Assembly: GCA_947627755.1 (NCBI GenBank)
Contig: CANQXD010000003.1
Location: forward strand, 4,173 to 68,172
DNA from: an uncultured Clostridia bacterium
GTDB lineage: Bacteria; Bacillota; Clostridia; TANB77; CAG-508
Reading direction: 5' to 3'
Length of the DNA: 64,000 bases
In this document: one piece after another, positions 17,584 through 26,502 of the stretch
Numbering within the stretch: the first letter of the stretch is position 1
Layout of the letters: the number at the start of each line of letters is the position of its first letter
The notes under the pieces: generated by a model
The model's database searches: none
What the model saw: only the letters and a program-made list of their open reading frames with translations
What the model was told of the DNA's origin: nothing
Made by a program: the position numbers and the translations under genes

Positions 17584-18009
17584 TTAGAATGGTAAATCGT
17601 CTCCAGAAGAAACTTCAAAATCGGAACTTCCAGCTGTTTCTGGCATTGCTCCAAATGTAGCGTCAAAATTATTGCCTGCTTCTCCATCTCTTTTGCTATC
17701 TGCAAAATATGCTTCTTCGGCTACTACTTCTGTAATATAATGTTTTTGTCCTTGGTCATCATCCCAAGTTCTTGTTTGGATTCTTCCAATAATACCTACT
17801 TGTTGACCTTTTCTAAAGTATTTGCTACAGAATTCTCCTAATTTGCTCCATGCTACAATATTAATAAAATCTGCTTGTCTTTCTTCTCCTTGTCTTACAA
17901 ATCTTCTATTAACTGCTAAGCTAAAAGAAGCAACTAATGTATTGTTAGATTGTGTATATCTAACTTCTGGATCTCTTGTTAATCTTCCCATTAAAATTAC
18001 TTTGTTCAT
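17584..18009 (-). CDS. ssb: single-stranded DNA-binding protein
   Basis: MNKVILMGRLTRDPEVRYTQSNNTLVASFSLAVNR is an OB fold; the acidic tail ends DDLPF. Confidence 0.95.
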   Translation of the reverse strand: MNKVILMGRLTRDPEVRYTQSNNTLVASFSLAVNRRFVRQGEERQADFINIVAWSKLGEFCSKYFRKGQQVGIIGRIQTRTWDDDQGQKHYITEVVAEEAYFADSKRDGEAGNNFDATFGAMPETAGSSDFEVSSGDDLPF

Positions 18010-18072
18010 ATTTTTCCCTTACCTTTCTTTTAAAGGCCCCTATTCTTATTTTTTTAATTTTTGATTTTTTTC

Positions 18073-18357
18073 TTATTTTTCTACTTTTACTGTCATAAAT
18101 TTAATAATTTCGTCTGTAATTCTGTAATTTCTTTCAAGTTCTGAAATTAGGCTTGGATTTGCTTCAAAGTAAAATACAACATAATTTCCTTCTTTGTTTT
18201 TTTGTACTTCGTAAGCTAATTTTCTTTTTCCCATTTCATCTACTTTTTCAAGTTTTCCATCTGTATTAATCAAATCAGAGAATTTTTGAATAACTGCTTT
18301 TATTCCTTCTTCATCTAAATTTGGATTAATAATGATAACACTTTCGTATTTATTCAT
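18073..18357 (-). CDS. rpsF: 30S ribosomal protein S6
   Basis: MNKYESVIIINPNLDEEG...GKRKLAYEVQKNKEGNYVVFYFEA is a canonical S6 sequence. Confidence 0.95.
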   Translation of the reverse strand: MNKYESVIIINPNLDEEGIKAVIQKFSDLINTDGKLEKVDEMGKRKLAYEVQKNKEGNYVVFYFEANPSLISELERNYRITDEIIKFMTVKVEK

Positions 18358-18444
18358 TATTGTTTCACCTCCTTTTGGACTATTAACCTACAGATTTCTG
18401 TAAGTAAGGATGTAAAAATTTCGTTTTATTTTTACAACGATAGT

Positions 18445-18473
18445 ATTTTATCACATTTTTTAAGATATCGCAA
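18445..18473 (-). promoter_or_regulatory. sigma-A-like promoter of rpsF-ssb-rpsR
   Basis: Minus strand reads TTGCGA, 17 nt, TAAAAT. About 85 nt of leader follows, with a small hairpin (tacag/ctgta, 18389-18402), possibly the S6:S18 autoregulatory leader. Confidence 0.45.
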
Positions 18474-18497
18474 GGGTTTTTGAGATTTTTTTAGCAT

Positions 18498-20306
18498 TTA
18501 ATTACTCTTTTTTTCTTTTGTATAATAGTTCATACCATAGCCAAAATCTAATTTATAATAAATTCCTATAAATTCTGGTGTATCAGATTCTATTTCGTAA
18601 GTAGGCTCTACAATAATTTTTCCATTACTATTGATAACACCCCATTTGTCATCTTGCATTATGCCAGCAAATCCATAATTATTTAATTCTAATGCCATAT
18701 CATATTTTGCTTCAATTACGGTATTTCCTTCTTTATCTTGATATCCCCATTTGCCATTTTCTGCTTGGAAAGCATATAAATTTAAATTAGTGAAAAGTTC
18801 TTTATATGATATTTCATTTCCTTTATTATCTAAATATTTTCTTTCTGTTTTTGAAAAAACTGTTACATAATTTTCTTCTATTTGAATATTAGCCTCTTTC
18901 ATAGAAACTATTTTTTCCATATTTTCATTATAAATTTCAATTGTATATGGTTCTAGTAAAATGGTTTGTATCATTTGTTTGTTTTCTATATTGTAGATAA
19001 CATCACAGTTTGAAATTATTTCTTGTTTTTTACTTGCATCATATATTCCTACTTTTCTATTTTTAGTTACAATGAAATAATTTCCGAAAGAATATTCAAT
19101 ATAAGAATATTCATTTTCTAATATAACATTTTGATCTTTATCTATTAGTCCAAATTTATCTTGTTTATCTATTGTTATATAATACTGACTATTTTCTACT
19201 GTTACAATTGTTTTTTCTGTTTGTGCTTCTTGCTTTTCTCCTTTTTTATTATAAGAAGTAGTAATACCATCTTTTTGTGCATTTATACTTTCTGTCGAAA
19301 TCATAATGTAATCATATTCTGGCTTCAAAATTTCTTTTCCGTCTATATCTAATACTCCTTGCTTTCCATTTTTTTGTACTAAAAACATTTGATTTTGACT
19401 ATTATATTCAATTTCTTCATAACTATGTTTTATAATTTGCTTTTTATTTTGGTATATGCCTGCTTGTCCATTTTGAAATGCAAGTAGATAAATGTCATCA
19501 TTTTTCATTTCTTCTATTATACGATTAACCTCATTATATTCTACTTCTAAAATTGTTTTTCCTTGGTTGTCTATATAGCCATATCGATAACCTTCTTGCT
19601 TTTTTTGACCTACAACAAAACCTGCTTTTTGATATTGCGTTTCTTTATCATAGTAGCCATCTGCGCTAATAGAATCATATTCAATGTCTATTATTGTTTT
19701 TCCTTTGATGTTAATAACTCCATATTTTTCTTCTTGTTTTACTAATAAGCATCCTTCTTTATATTGCAAGCTTTCTATAGAATCATATATTGCTTTTGTT
19801 ATTTTTTTGCCTTTAAAATCTATTATTCCATATTTATTGTTTTCTTTATATGCAAGAACGCTTTTTTCATACGGAATTTCTGTTGAAATGTCTTTTAAAG
19901 AAAGTGGCAATACTTGTGTGTATTTTGTAAAAATTTTTTCATTTTTATCATTTAATACTTCAGTTTGGTATTCTCCTGTTTGAGAATTATAATTGAAGTA
20001 TCCAATAAAGACTGCTTTGGATGGATTTGGAATTACTAACATGTCATATTTTGGTTCAACTAAGATATTTCCATTTGTATCTATTACACCATATTTTTCA
20101 TTTTCGTATAGTTTAAAGTAAGAAAATTGGGTTACTTGCTCTATTTCATAATCTTTATCTAATTTTTGGTTTATAAATAAGAAAGCTATTGCTATAGCAA
20201 CAACTATAATAGGCATTAGTAAAAATATCTTTTTATTTTTCTTATTTATATTTTTCTCTACTTTTGTGTTTTTTTCTTTACTTATTTCTTCATTTTCTTC
20301 TTCCAT
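18498..20306 (-). CDS. membrane-anchored WG-repeat (KWG-type) protein
   Basis: N-terminal TM (IFLLMPIIVVAIAIAFLFI), then many repeats of the type KYGVIDTNGNILVEPKYD / KWGYQDKEGNTVIEAKYD. Confidence 0.8.
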   Translation of the reverse strand: MEEENEEISKEKNTKVEKNINKKNKKIFLLMPIIVVAIAIAFLFINQKLDKDYEIEQVTQFSYFKLYENEKYGVIDTNGNILVEPKYDMLVIPNPSKAVFIGYFNYNSQTGEYQTEVLNDKNEKIFTKYTQVLPLSLKDISTEIPYEKSVLAYKENNKYGIIDFKGKKITKAIYDSIESLQYKEGCLLVKQEEKYGVINIKGKTIIDIEYDSISADGYYDKETQYQKAGFVVGQKKQEGYRYGYIDNQGKTILEVEYNEVNRIIEEMKNDDIYLLAFQNGQAGIYQNKKQIIKHSYEEIEYNSQNQMFLVQKNGKQGVLDIDGKEILKPEYDYIMISTESINAQKDGITTSYNKKGEKQEAQTEKTIVTVENSQYYITIDKQDKFGLIDKDQNVILENEYSYIEYSFGNYFIVTKNRKVGIYDASKKQEIISNCDVIYNIENKQMIQTILLEPYTIEIYNENMEKIVSMKEANIQIEENYVTVFSKTERKYLDNKGNEISYKELFTNLNLYAFQAENGKWGYQDKEGNTVIEAKYDMALELNNYGFAGIMQDDKWGVINSNGKIIVEPTYEIESDTPEFIGIYYKLDFGYGMNYYTKEKKSN

Positions 20307-20393
20307 TTTTTATTTCATTCCCTTCTTACTTTGCTTGAGAAAGCAAACATAGATAATTTGTATTTTATAATAATGTTCATATTTATTCTAGTT

Positions 20394-21680
20394 TCATAAT
20401 TTGCAAGCTTTTACTAATAAAATTCTTTTTTCTTCGTATTTTTCTATTTTATAACTTATTTCTTTTGTTTCTATTGTTGGAGCTTCGCCTTCTTCTGGTA
20501 TTCTTCCTAATAATTCTAGTAAATATCCAGACAATGTGTCATAATCACCTTCTGGAATATCTACTTGTAATATTTTCTTTAGCTCATTGATTGTTACTCC
20601 TCCACTAATTAGAAAAGTATTATCATCTATTTTTGTGTAGTCATTTTCTACTTCGTCGTATTCATCAAAAATATTTCCAACAATTTCTTCAAGTAAATCT
20701 TCCATAGTAACAACTCCTGCTGTTCCACCATATTCATCAATGACAATTGCCATTTGCATTTTGCTTTTTTGTAAATCTTTAAACAATTCGTTAATTGGTT
20801 TACTTTCCGAAACAAAATAAGCTTCTCTCATAATATGTTTTATTTTTACAGGTTTCTTTGTATAAAAGTATTTTAATAAGTCTTTTACAAATAAAATCCC
20901 TTTAATATCATCAATGTTTTCTTCATAAACAGGAATTCTGCTATATTTGTATTCGTCTAAATCTTCTATAATATCTTCTATTTTTGAATTAATTTCTATA
21001 GCATATACGTCTGTTCTTGGTGTCATTACCTCTGATACATTTATATCATTGAATTCAAAAATATTATGAATCATCTCTTTTTCTTCTTCCTCAATTGTTC
21101 CTTTTTCTTCACCTTCATCAATCATCATTTTTATTTCTTCTTCTGTTACTACTTCTTCTTCATTTTCAGAAATGCCAAATAATTTTGATAGAATATTTGT
21201 TACAGAGGTTAGTATTTTTACAAATGGCGCAGTTATAATAGAAATGCCTCTAATAATTGGAATAGTTGCAAATGCAATTTTTTCGTAATATTTCATTGCT
21301 AGCCTTTTTGGTACTAATTCCCCTAATACTAAAGTAAAAAAGGATAGAATAATTGTAATTAATACAATAGAAATGCCTCGCCAAATTTCTATAGATAATG
21401 TCGGAAATAGAAGATGTAAATTTGGTGCTAATTTATCTGCAAAAGTATCTGAAGCGAAGGCACTAGATAAGAATCCTGCTAAGGTGATTCCAATTTGAAT
21501 AGTTGCTAAAAATTTGCTTGGATTTTTTAACATTTTTTCAATTTGCTTTGCTTTTTTATTTCCTTCTTTTGCTTGTTTTTCTACCTTTGCATCATTAAGA
21601 GAAATAAATGCTATCTCTGTAGCAGCAAAATATGCATTTAATAAGATTAAGATAAATAAAATAAAAATTTGCATTATCAC
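20394..21680 (-). CDS. CNNM/TlyC-family protein (DUF21-CBS pair-CorC_HlyC)
   Basis: N-terminal DUF21 TM region (LNAYFAATEIAF, GELVPKR), a CBS pair (VMTPRTDVYAI...RIPVYEENIDDIKGILFVKDL) and a C-terminal CorC domain. Confidence 0.85.
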   Translation of the reverse strand: MIMQIFILFILILLNAYFAATEIAFISLNDAKVEKQAKEGNKKAKQIEKMLKNPSKFLATIQIGITLAGFLSSAFASDTFADKLAPNLHLLFPTLSIEIWRGISIVLITIILSFFTLVLGELVPKRLAMKYYEKIAFATIPIIRGISIITAPFVKILTSVTNILSKLFGISENEEEVVTEEEIKMMIDEGEEKGTIEEEEKEMIHNIFEFNDINVSEVMTPRTDVYAIEINSKIEDIIEDLDEYKYSRIPVYEENIDDIKGILFVKDLLKYFYTKKPVKIKHIMREAYFVSESKPINELFKDLQKSKMQMAIVIDEYGGTAGVVTMEDLLEEIVGNIFDEYDEVENDYTKIDDNTFLISGGVTINELKKILQVDIPEGDYDTLSGYLLELLGRIPEEGEAPTIETKEISYKIEKYEEKRILLVKACKL

Positions 21681-21814
21681 GTTTTTGTTTTCATTTTCCT
21701 CTCTTTTTTCTTATATTTATACCCATTTTTTACTGCTTTTATTATATCTTTATTCTATTTCCTGTGTCAATTGTTTTTCTTTTTTTAGTGTTTTATTTTT
21801 ACATATAAAATTTT

Positions 21815-23416
21815 CTAATTTATTGTTACTAATTTTTTTATTGAATAAATTTTCCGTTCGTCTTGATTCCAAGTATTTATTAAGGCATCTACTTCTGAAT
21901 TAGGAACTAACGCTATTCGAAGTGCTGAAATTGGTTTTGTTGTATCATAACACGTTAATTCTCCATTTTTCGCAGGTGATAACCAACCAACAGAATCTAC
22001 GTAAACTTGATAGCAAATAGAATTTTCGTTATATGATTTTAATTTTATTTGTAATGCCGAAATACCATAACGATATTGTTTTGCAATTTCTTCTGGAATT
22101 GGATTTTCATTATACATATCTCCTTTTCCTATTCCATTGACACCACCGCCACCTAGTTGAAAATAATATTTTCCATTTAAAAGTATTCGGTCTTCTTGTG
22201 TTTCATATTTCCAATCACTTCCTTGAGGATTCCAACCATTAGAATAAATTTGACCTGTAATTTCACATCTTCCTTTACCTTCTTCTCCCCAATGAGTATA
22301 AACATAAGCTCTTGCTTGTAAATAGTCTTTTTCAACATCACCAGAAATGTTAAAAGCTAAACTTTCTGTTTTGTAAGTAGCATTTTTTCTTATTGCTTCT
22401 AAACCTGCAATGTCATAATTTCCATAACCATAACTCCAACTTACTACTGAATTATGAGAAGCATAACTTAATATAATATTAGTTGCCTCTATAATATTTA
22501 TTTCTACTTGGCTACTATTTCCTGCTAAATCTTGAATGGTAGTAATATAAGATAAATTGTTTGTAAATATCTTTTTCAAGATAGTTTTATTTTCTAAAGT
22601 CCAACCATCTAATTTTCTAATTTCTTCATTTGCTATAATTTTTGCCTCTATTTTGCCTGCTTCTATTTTTTCTTGTGAGTAAATACCTTGTGGCTTTGTA
22701 TTATCGATTTGAATATTCGTATCTTTTGTTACTGATACATTTGTATTTCCTGTTTCATCTTGAATAACACCATTTTGTATACTAATGCTTAAATTTCCTT
22801 CTTCTTTGATACCAAATAATTTTAGTTTTACTTCTTGCTCTTTTGTTTCTTTTCTAATAACTTCAAATTCTTTGGTAACTGAATCGATTTCTTTATTGTT
22901 AATCAATACATGAATATCATTTTTTTCTAAAGATTTTTGTATTTTTTGATCATCTTTTACTAATAAGTTTATACTAATTTGCGTTTCTTGATTAGCATAA
23001 TTAGGATAGCTTTCATTGCTGTTATAAATGCTTAATATTTCTACCACTGGAGCAATTGTATCTATATTGTTTACTTCTATTGTTACTTTTTTGCTATTTC
23101 CTGCCTTATCTTTTATTTCTACTTCTTCTTGTGTATTTTGTTCAAATTTCTTTTTTAATGTACATCCATCTTCCTGCAAAACCCATCCATTTCCTGGATC
23201 TTGCACTTGTTCATCTGCTTGCAGAGTTACTTCTACTGGTTGAGAAGTTTTTTCTCTTGTAGAATATGTTTCCTCTACATTTGGAGGTGTTCTATCAATG
23301 TTTAAGGTGCCAGCTACTATATTTTCTTCTATTACATATTTTCCAAATGTAGGCGTTAAGAAAATACAAAATAAAATTAAAAATGTAATAGTTGCAATTA
23401 AAATACTTTTTTTCAT
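21815..23416 (-). CDS. large secreted protein with a TasA-like (SipW-cognate) signal, Ig-like repeats and ChW-like C-terminal repeats
   Basis: N-terminus ...FLTPTFGKYVIEENIVAGTLNIDRTPP (compare TasA ...AYF...AGTLD). D-x-AGN motifs (DKAGNSKKVTIEV, QDLAGNSSQVEINI). C-terminus YQVYVDSVGWLSPAKNGELTCY...ISALRIAL resembles clostridial hydrophobic-W repeats. Confidence 0.7.
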   Translation of the reverse strand: MKKSILIATITFLILFCIFLTPTFGKYVIEENIVAGTLNIDRTPPNVEETYSTREKTSQPVEVTLQADEQVQDPGNGWVLQEDGCTLKKKFEQNTQEEVEIKDKAGNSKKVTIEVNNIDTIAPVVEILSIYNSNESYPNYANQETQISINLLVKDDQKIQKSLEKNDIHVLINNKEIDSVTKEFEVIRKETKEQEVKLKLFGIKEEGNLSISIQNGVIQDETGNTNVSVTKDTNIQIDNTKPQGIYSQEKIEAGKIEAKIIANEEIRKLDGWTLENKTILKKIFTNNLSYITTIQDLAGNSSQVEINIIEATNIILSYASHNSVVSWSYGYGNYDIAGLEAIRKNATYKTESLAFNISGDVEKDYLQARAYVYTHWGEEGKGRCEITGQIYSNGWNPQGSDWKYETQEDRILLNGKYYFQLGGGGVNGIGKGDMYNENPIPEEIAKQYRYGISALQIKLKSYNENSICYQVYVDSVGWLSPAKNGELTCYDTTKPISALRIALVPNSEVDALINTWNQDERKIYSIKKLVTIN

Positions 23417-23445
23417 TATTATTTCCTCCTTATCTTTTTAATTTT

Positions 23446-24006
23446 TTATATGTTATTTGCTGTTTGGATAGAGTGAATTTTCACTTCTACATTTTCATTA
23501 ATATCTTTTCCTAAGGTGCCTTTAGTATTATCATAAGTAATTTCTAAACGATAAGAATGAGTTTGTTTTTGGTCTTTTCCTAATTTAATTGTTGCTGTTT
23601 TATTTTGGGTTAAGGGAATTTGTTTGTTGCCTTGATAAAGAGCAAATTGTATAGATTCATCTGTATTAGAAATAATTTCAATATAATATTCCATATCCAC
23701 TTGATTTAATTCATCTTCTTTATAATTTCGAACTTCAAAAACATAAGATGCTTTAGGGGCGAATGCAGTTAGTAGCAAACTTTGTTCTTTTTTTATTTCT
23801 AAAACTGGCTTTGCAATACTTGCAAAGCCTTGTCCTGTTACTTTACTTTGATATTTTGCAAAGCTTATCCCAATTAGAATTCCAAGTAAAAGAAGAAGTA
23901 AAAGAAATATGAGAAGAAAAATTTTACTTGGTTTCTTTTCTTTCTTTTCAAACAACTTTTTTTCACTTTGAGTTAGGAATGAACGTTGCTTTAATTTTGT
24001 TTTCAT
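23446..24006 (-). CDS. small secreted protein with a SipW-cognate-like signal (paralog of 24416-25003)
   Basis: Start set at the ATG at 24006 (MKTKLKQRSF), with RBS AAAGGAGAAAAT and an ATGA overlap with the sipW stop. The h-region ends GISFAKYQSKVTGQGFASIAKP, parallel to GGSYSKYLTQVDGKGIIEVAKW in the paralog. Confidence 0.7.
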   Translation of the reverse strand: MKTKLKQRSFLTQSEKKLFEKKEKKPSKIFLLIFLLLLLLLGILIGISFAKYQSKVTGQGFASIAKPVLEIKKEQSLLLTAFAPKASYVFEVRNYKEDELNQVDMEYYIEIISNTDESIQFALYQGNKQIPLTQNKTATIKLGKDQKQTHSYRLEITYDNTKGTLGKDINENVEVKIHSIQTANNI

Positions 24007-24413
24007 ATTTTCTCCTTTCCTTTTATGATAATAAAAAAAATACATATTCCAATCACATAATATCGATAATGATAAATGATTCCTAATAATTGAGAATGGA
24101 AAATAACTTTTCCTTGAATTTGTTCTTTTGTTACTATTTTTTCATCTTCTGTATTATTAGCATCTCCTTTGGTAATATAACCTTTCTCTGTTGTTTGAAC
24201 AATACGATGTGTTATAAAATAGGAATTTCCTACATTATAAGTAATAATATCTTTTGTTTTATAGTTTTTTTGTTTTACTAATATTATAATTTCGCCTACT
24301 TGTAACTCTGGTACCATACTTCCTGATTGTATTTTATATAGTTTAATATGGCTTTGGTATACTAATAAAATTAAAATACATATTATTAAAAATAAAATTA
24401 TACTTTTTTTCAT
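24003..24413 (-). CDS. sipW: signal peptidase I, ER/archaeal (SipW) type
   Basis: SGSMVPELQVGE (catalytic Ser box), ITHRIV (His box) and ITKGDANNTED, in a short 136-aa protein with one N-terminal TM and a C-terminal hydrophobic segment, as in S26B SipW. Confidence 0.85.
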   Translation of the reverse strand: MKKSIILFLIICILILLVYQSHIKLYKIQSGSMVPELQVGEIIILVKQKNYKTKDIITYNVGNSYFITHRIVQTTEKGYITKGDANNTEDEKIVTKEQIQGKVIFHSQLLGIIYHYRYYVIGICIFFIIIKGKEKI

Positions 24414-24415
24414 TT

Positions 24416-25003
24416 TTATACTGACTGTGGTGTTTCTTGAGTTCCTGTTATAACAATGTTAAAGGAATATTGCTCTAATAATGTTCCATCATTTGTGTCT
24501 TGTGCATCTTCTTGTGTTCTATTGCCTTGCGTTTCATAAGGCCAATTCCATAAAATTGTCATTGTTTTTGTTTTTTCACTTGCGTTTGCTGCTATAGTTC
24601 CTTCCAAATATTGTTCTAAATCTTTTACACTATTTACGGTGTGCCCATCATACGTAAATTGCAAATTTTGTGGCTTACTGGTTTCATTTTGGAATTTAAC
24701 ATCATAGTTAATTCCTACTTCTGAACCACTTGCGTCTATTTCAATATTGAAAGAACCATTAGTTCCCGGTGCAATTGTATTTTGTTTCAATGTTTCTTTC
24801 TTATAAGTGCTTGCCAAGTTTAATGGTGTAATACTAGCAGTTTGTCCATTTACTAAAAATGCCCATTTTGCTACTTCAATAATGCCTTTTCCATCAACCT
24901 GCGTTAAATATTTAGAGTAACTTCCTCCTTGAAAAAAAAGTAATAGTAAAAATAATAAGATTAGTAATACTAAAAAAATAATTTTTCTTTTTGGCTTTTT
25001 CAT
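24416..25003 (-). CDS. small secreted protein with a SipW-cognate-like signal (TasA/CPF_0494-like class)
   Basis: MKKPKRKIIFLVLLILLFLLLLFFQGGSYSKYLTQVDGKGIIEVAKWAF, then beta-rich APGTNGSFNIEIDASGSEVGINYDVKF. No C-terminal sorting signal. Confidence 0.7.
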   Translation of the reverse strand: MKKPKRKIIFLVLLILLFLLLLFFQGGSYSKYLTQVDGKGIIEVAKWAFLVNGQTASITPLNLASTYKKETLKQNTIAPGTNGSFNIEIDASGSEVGINYDVKFQNETSKPQNLQFTYDGHTVNSVKDLEQYLEGTIAANASEKTKTMTILWNWPYETQGNRTQEDAQDTNDGTLLEQYSFNIVITGTQETPQSV

Positions 25004-25021
25004 ATATTTTTTATTTCCTTT

Positions 25022-25603
25022 CTAAATTTTTATCTCTTGTGCCTGAACACAAAGTCTGTATTCAGGCACATTTTCTACACAAGTAATTAAGGTTAATATA
25101 TTTTCTTTTGTTTCTTTCAAATAGGAAAAATCGGTTTCTTTGATGTACCCTTTCCAAGTTACATGATAAGTTCTTTTCCCTTGCTCTGTTTGATAGATAA
25201 TACTATCTCCTATTTCGAGCCTTTTTAATTCTTGGAAAAAATGAGATGGGTATCCTCTATTATGAGCAGCTAGGGCTACATTTCCATTCCATTTATTAGT
25301 GGATTCAAAATGACCTACTGCTTGTTTTAAAATTTCTTGACTAGTTCCTTCTAAAATAGGGGCCTCTAAATTGATTTTTGAGATAAAAATTTTCCATGAT
25401 GAATTGCTTATTTCATTTACTTTTATATCTTCTTTTTCATCTTTTTCTAGGCTTGATTGACTTGTTTTAAGAACAAAACTAGAATGAATTTCCTTTTTTG
25501 ATTTCTCTTCTAATTGTTTTAGAATAAATAAGATGGATACCAATAGGATAAATGAGATGATAAGTGAAACAATAATTCCCTTTCTTTTGCTATAGTTTGA
25601 CAT
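25022..25603 (-). CDS. sortase-family transpeptidase
   Basis: N-terminal TM anchor, His region GNVALAAHNRG, catalytic Cys motif TLITC and a downstream Arg (YRLCVQ). First gene of the operon. Confidence 0.85.
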   Translation of the reverse strand: MSNYSKRKGIIVSLIISFILLVSILFILKQLEEKSKKEIHSSFVLKTSQSSLEKDEKEDIKVNEISNSSWKIFISKINLEAPILEGTSQEILKQAVGHFESTNKWNGNVALAAHNRGYPSHFFQELKRLEIGDSIIYQTEQGKRTYHVTWKGYIKETDFSYLKETKENILTLITCVENVPEYRLCVQAQEIKI

Positions 25604-25848
25604 ACATACGCTCTTACCTCCTAACTTTACTTGAACTTAAATTTTTAATATTCTATGGAAGTTATCATCTAGAATAATTAACTTAACATAGAAAATAAAT
25701 ATTTAGAAATAAAATTGCAATTTCAAATCTGGCTTTATGTTACCATATATTTCCAATTATGTAAAGAACTTTTCATCGCCTTTTTCTTTCATTTTTCGAC
25801 TTTGGGCTTGTAAATGCTTGATATTGCCTATTATTTTTATGATGGTTC

Positions 25849-25877
25849 TTGTATAATTACATAATATATGTTATAAT
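25849..25877 (+). promoter_or_regulatory. sigma-A-like promoter (extended -10) of the 25924 ORF
   Basis: TGtTATAAT at 25869-25877, with TTGTAT-like -35 at 25850-25855. A second TGTATAAT at 25851-25858 overlaps it. Confidence 0.45.
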
Positions 25878-25923
25878 TATAACATAACTATTGTAAATAT
25901 TCTTTTCAAAAGGAGGATTTGAC

Positions 25924-26361
25924 ATGAGTGAAACATCTACTATCAACAAGGCACGGGCTTCTAACTCTTTAGAACCTAATTGGATGAAGAAAAAAGTATG
26001 TATTGCTAATGCCAAAATTAACGGTTTAGCAAAATCTCCTTATTTCTTTGAGCCGAGAGTTTACTACGTTTGGGACATTACTTTTTCTAAAACTTCTACA
26101 TTACTTTTCTATAATCTTCCGTTTATTTATATGGGAAATACCTACGAAGAAGCAGAGGTATTTTGTAATCAGGTTAAGCAGAATTTTGCTGACGCCCATA
26201 TTCAGAACGGCGATATGGTAAAGGTAATGTACCAGAAAAACGGATCTGTAAAAGCAATTGGTTCTATGAAAACTGACATCTGGATTGATGTAGATGACAA
26301 GTTTTCAAAAAAGACTTTGGAGGAACTCAATGTTATTGTATTAGAAAAATTTATTTATTAA
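25924..26361 (+). CDS. orphan hypothetical protein (145 aa), compositionally atypical
   Basis: Long ORF with RBS AAGGAGG and its own terminator. It uses G/C-ending codons (cgg, gcc, ccg, ggc) that are rare in neighbouring genes. No family recognised. Confidence 0.65.
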   Translation: MSETSTINKARASNSLEPNWMKKKVCIANAKINGLAKSPYFFEPRVYYVWDITFSKTSTLLFYNLPFIYMGNTYEEAEVFCNQVKQNFADAHIQNGDMVKVMYQKNGSVKAIGSMKTDIWIDVDDKFSKKTLEELNVIVLEKFIY

Positions 26362-26420
26362 AAGTGTTCTTATTCAAATGAATGCTTTTAGAAATCTTCT
26401 ATTGAGGAAATTTCCTACAA

Positions 26421-26459
26421 AAAATCGCGATTTTCAAAATTGAATTTCGCGATTTTTTT
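26421..26459 (+). terminator. rho-independent terminator
   Basis: 10-bp stem aaaatcgcga / tcgcgatttt (26421-26430 / 26447-26456), followed by TTTTTTT. Confidence 0.7.
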
Positions 26460-26502
26460 ATTTTTTATATTATTCTATTTTATTTCTTATAAAATGTAAT
26501 TT

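Noticed and set aside
18361-18444. rpsF (S6:S18) autoregulatory leader RNA
   Set aside because: A small hairpin exists at 18389-18402 in the ~85-nt leader, but I cannot verify the conserved motif by eye. It is mentioned only under the promoter feature.
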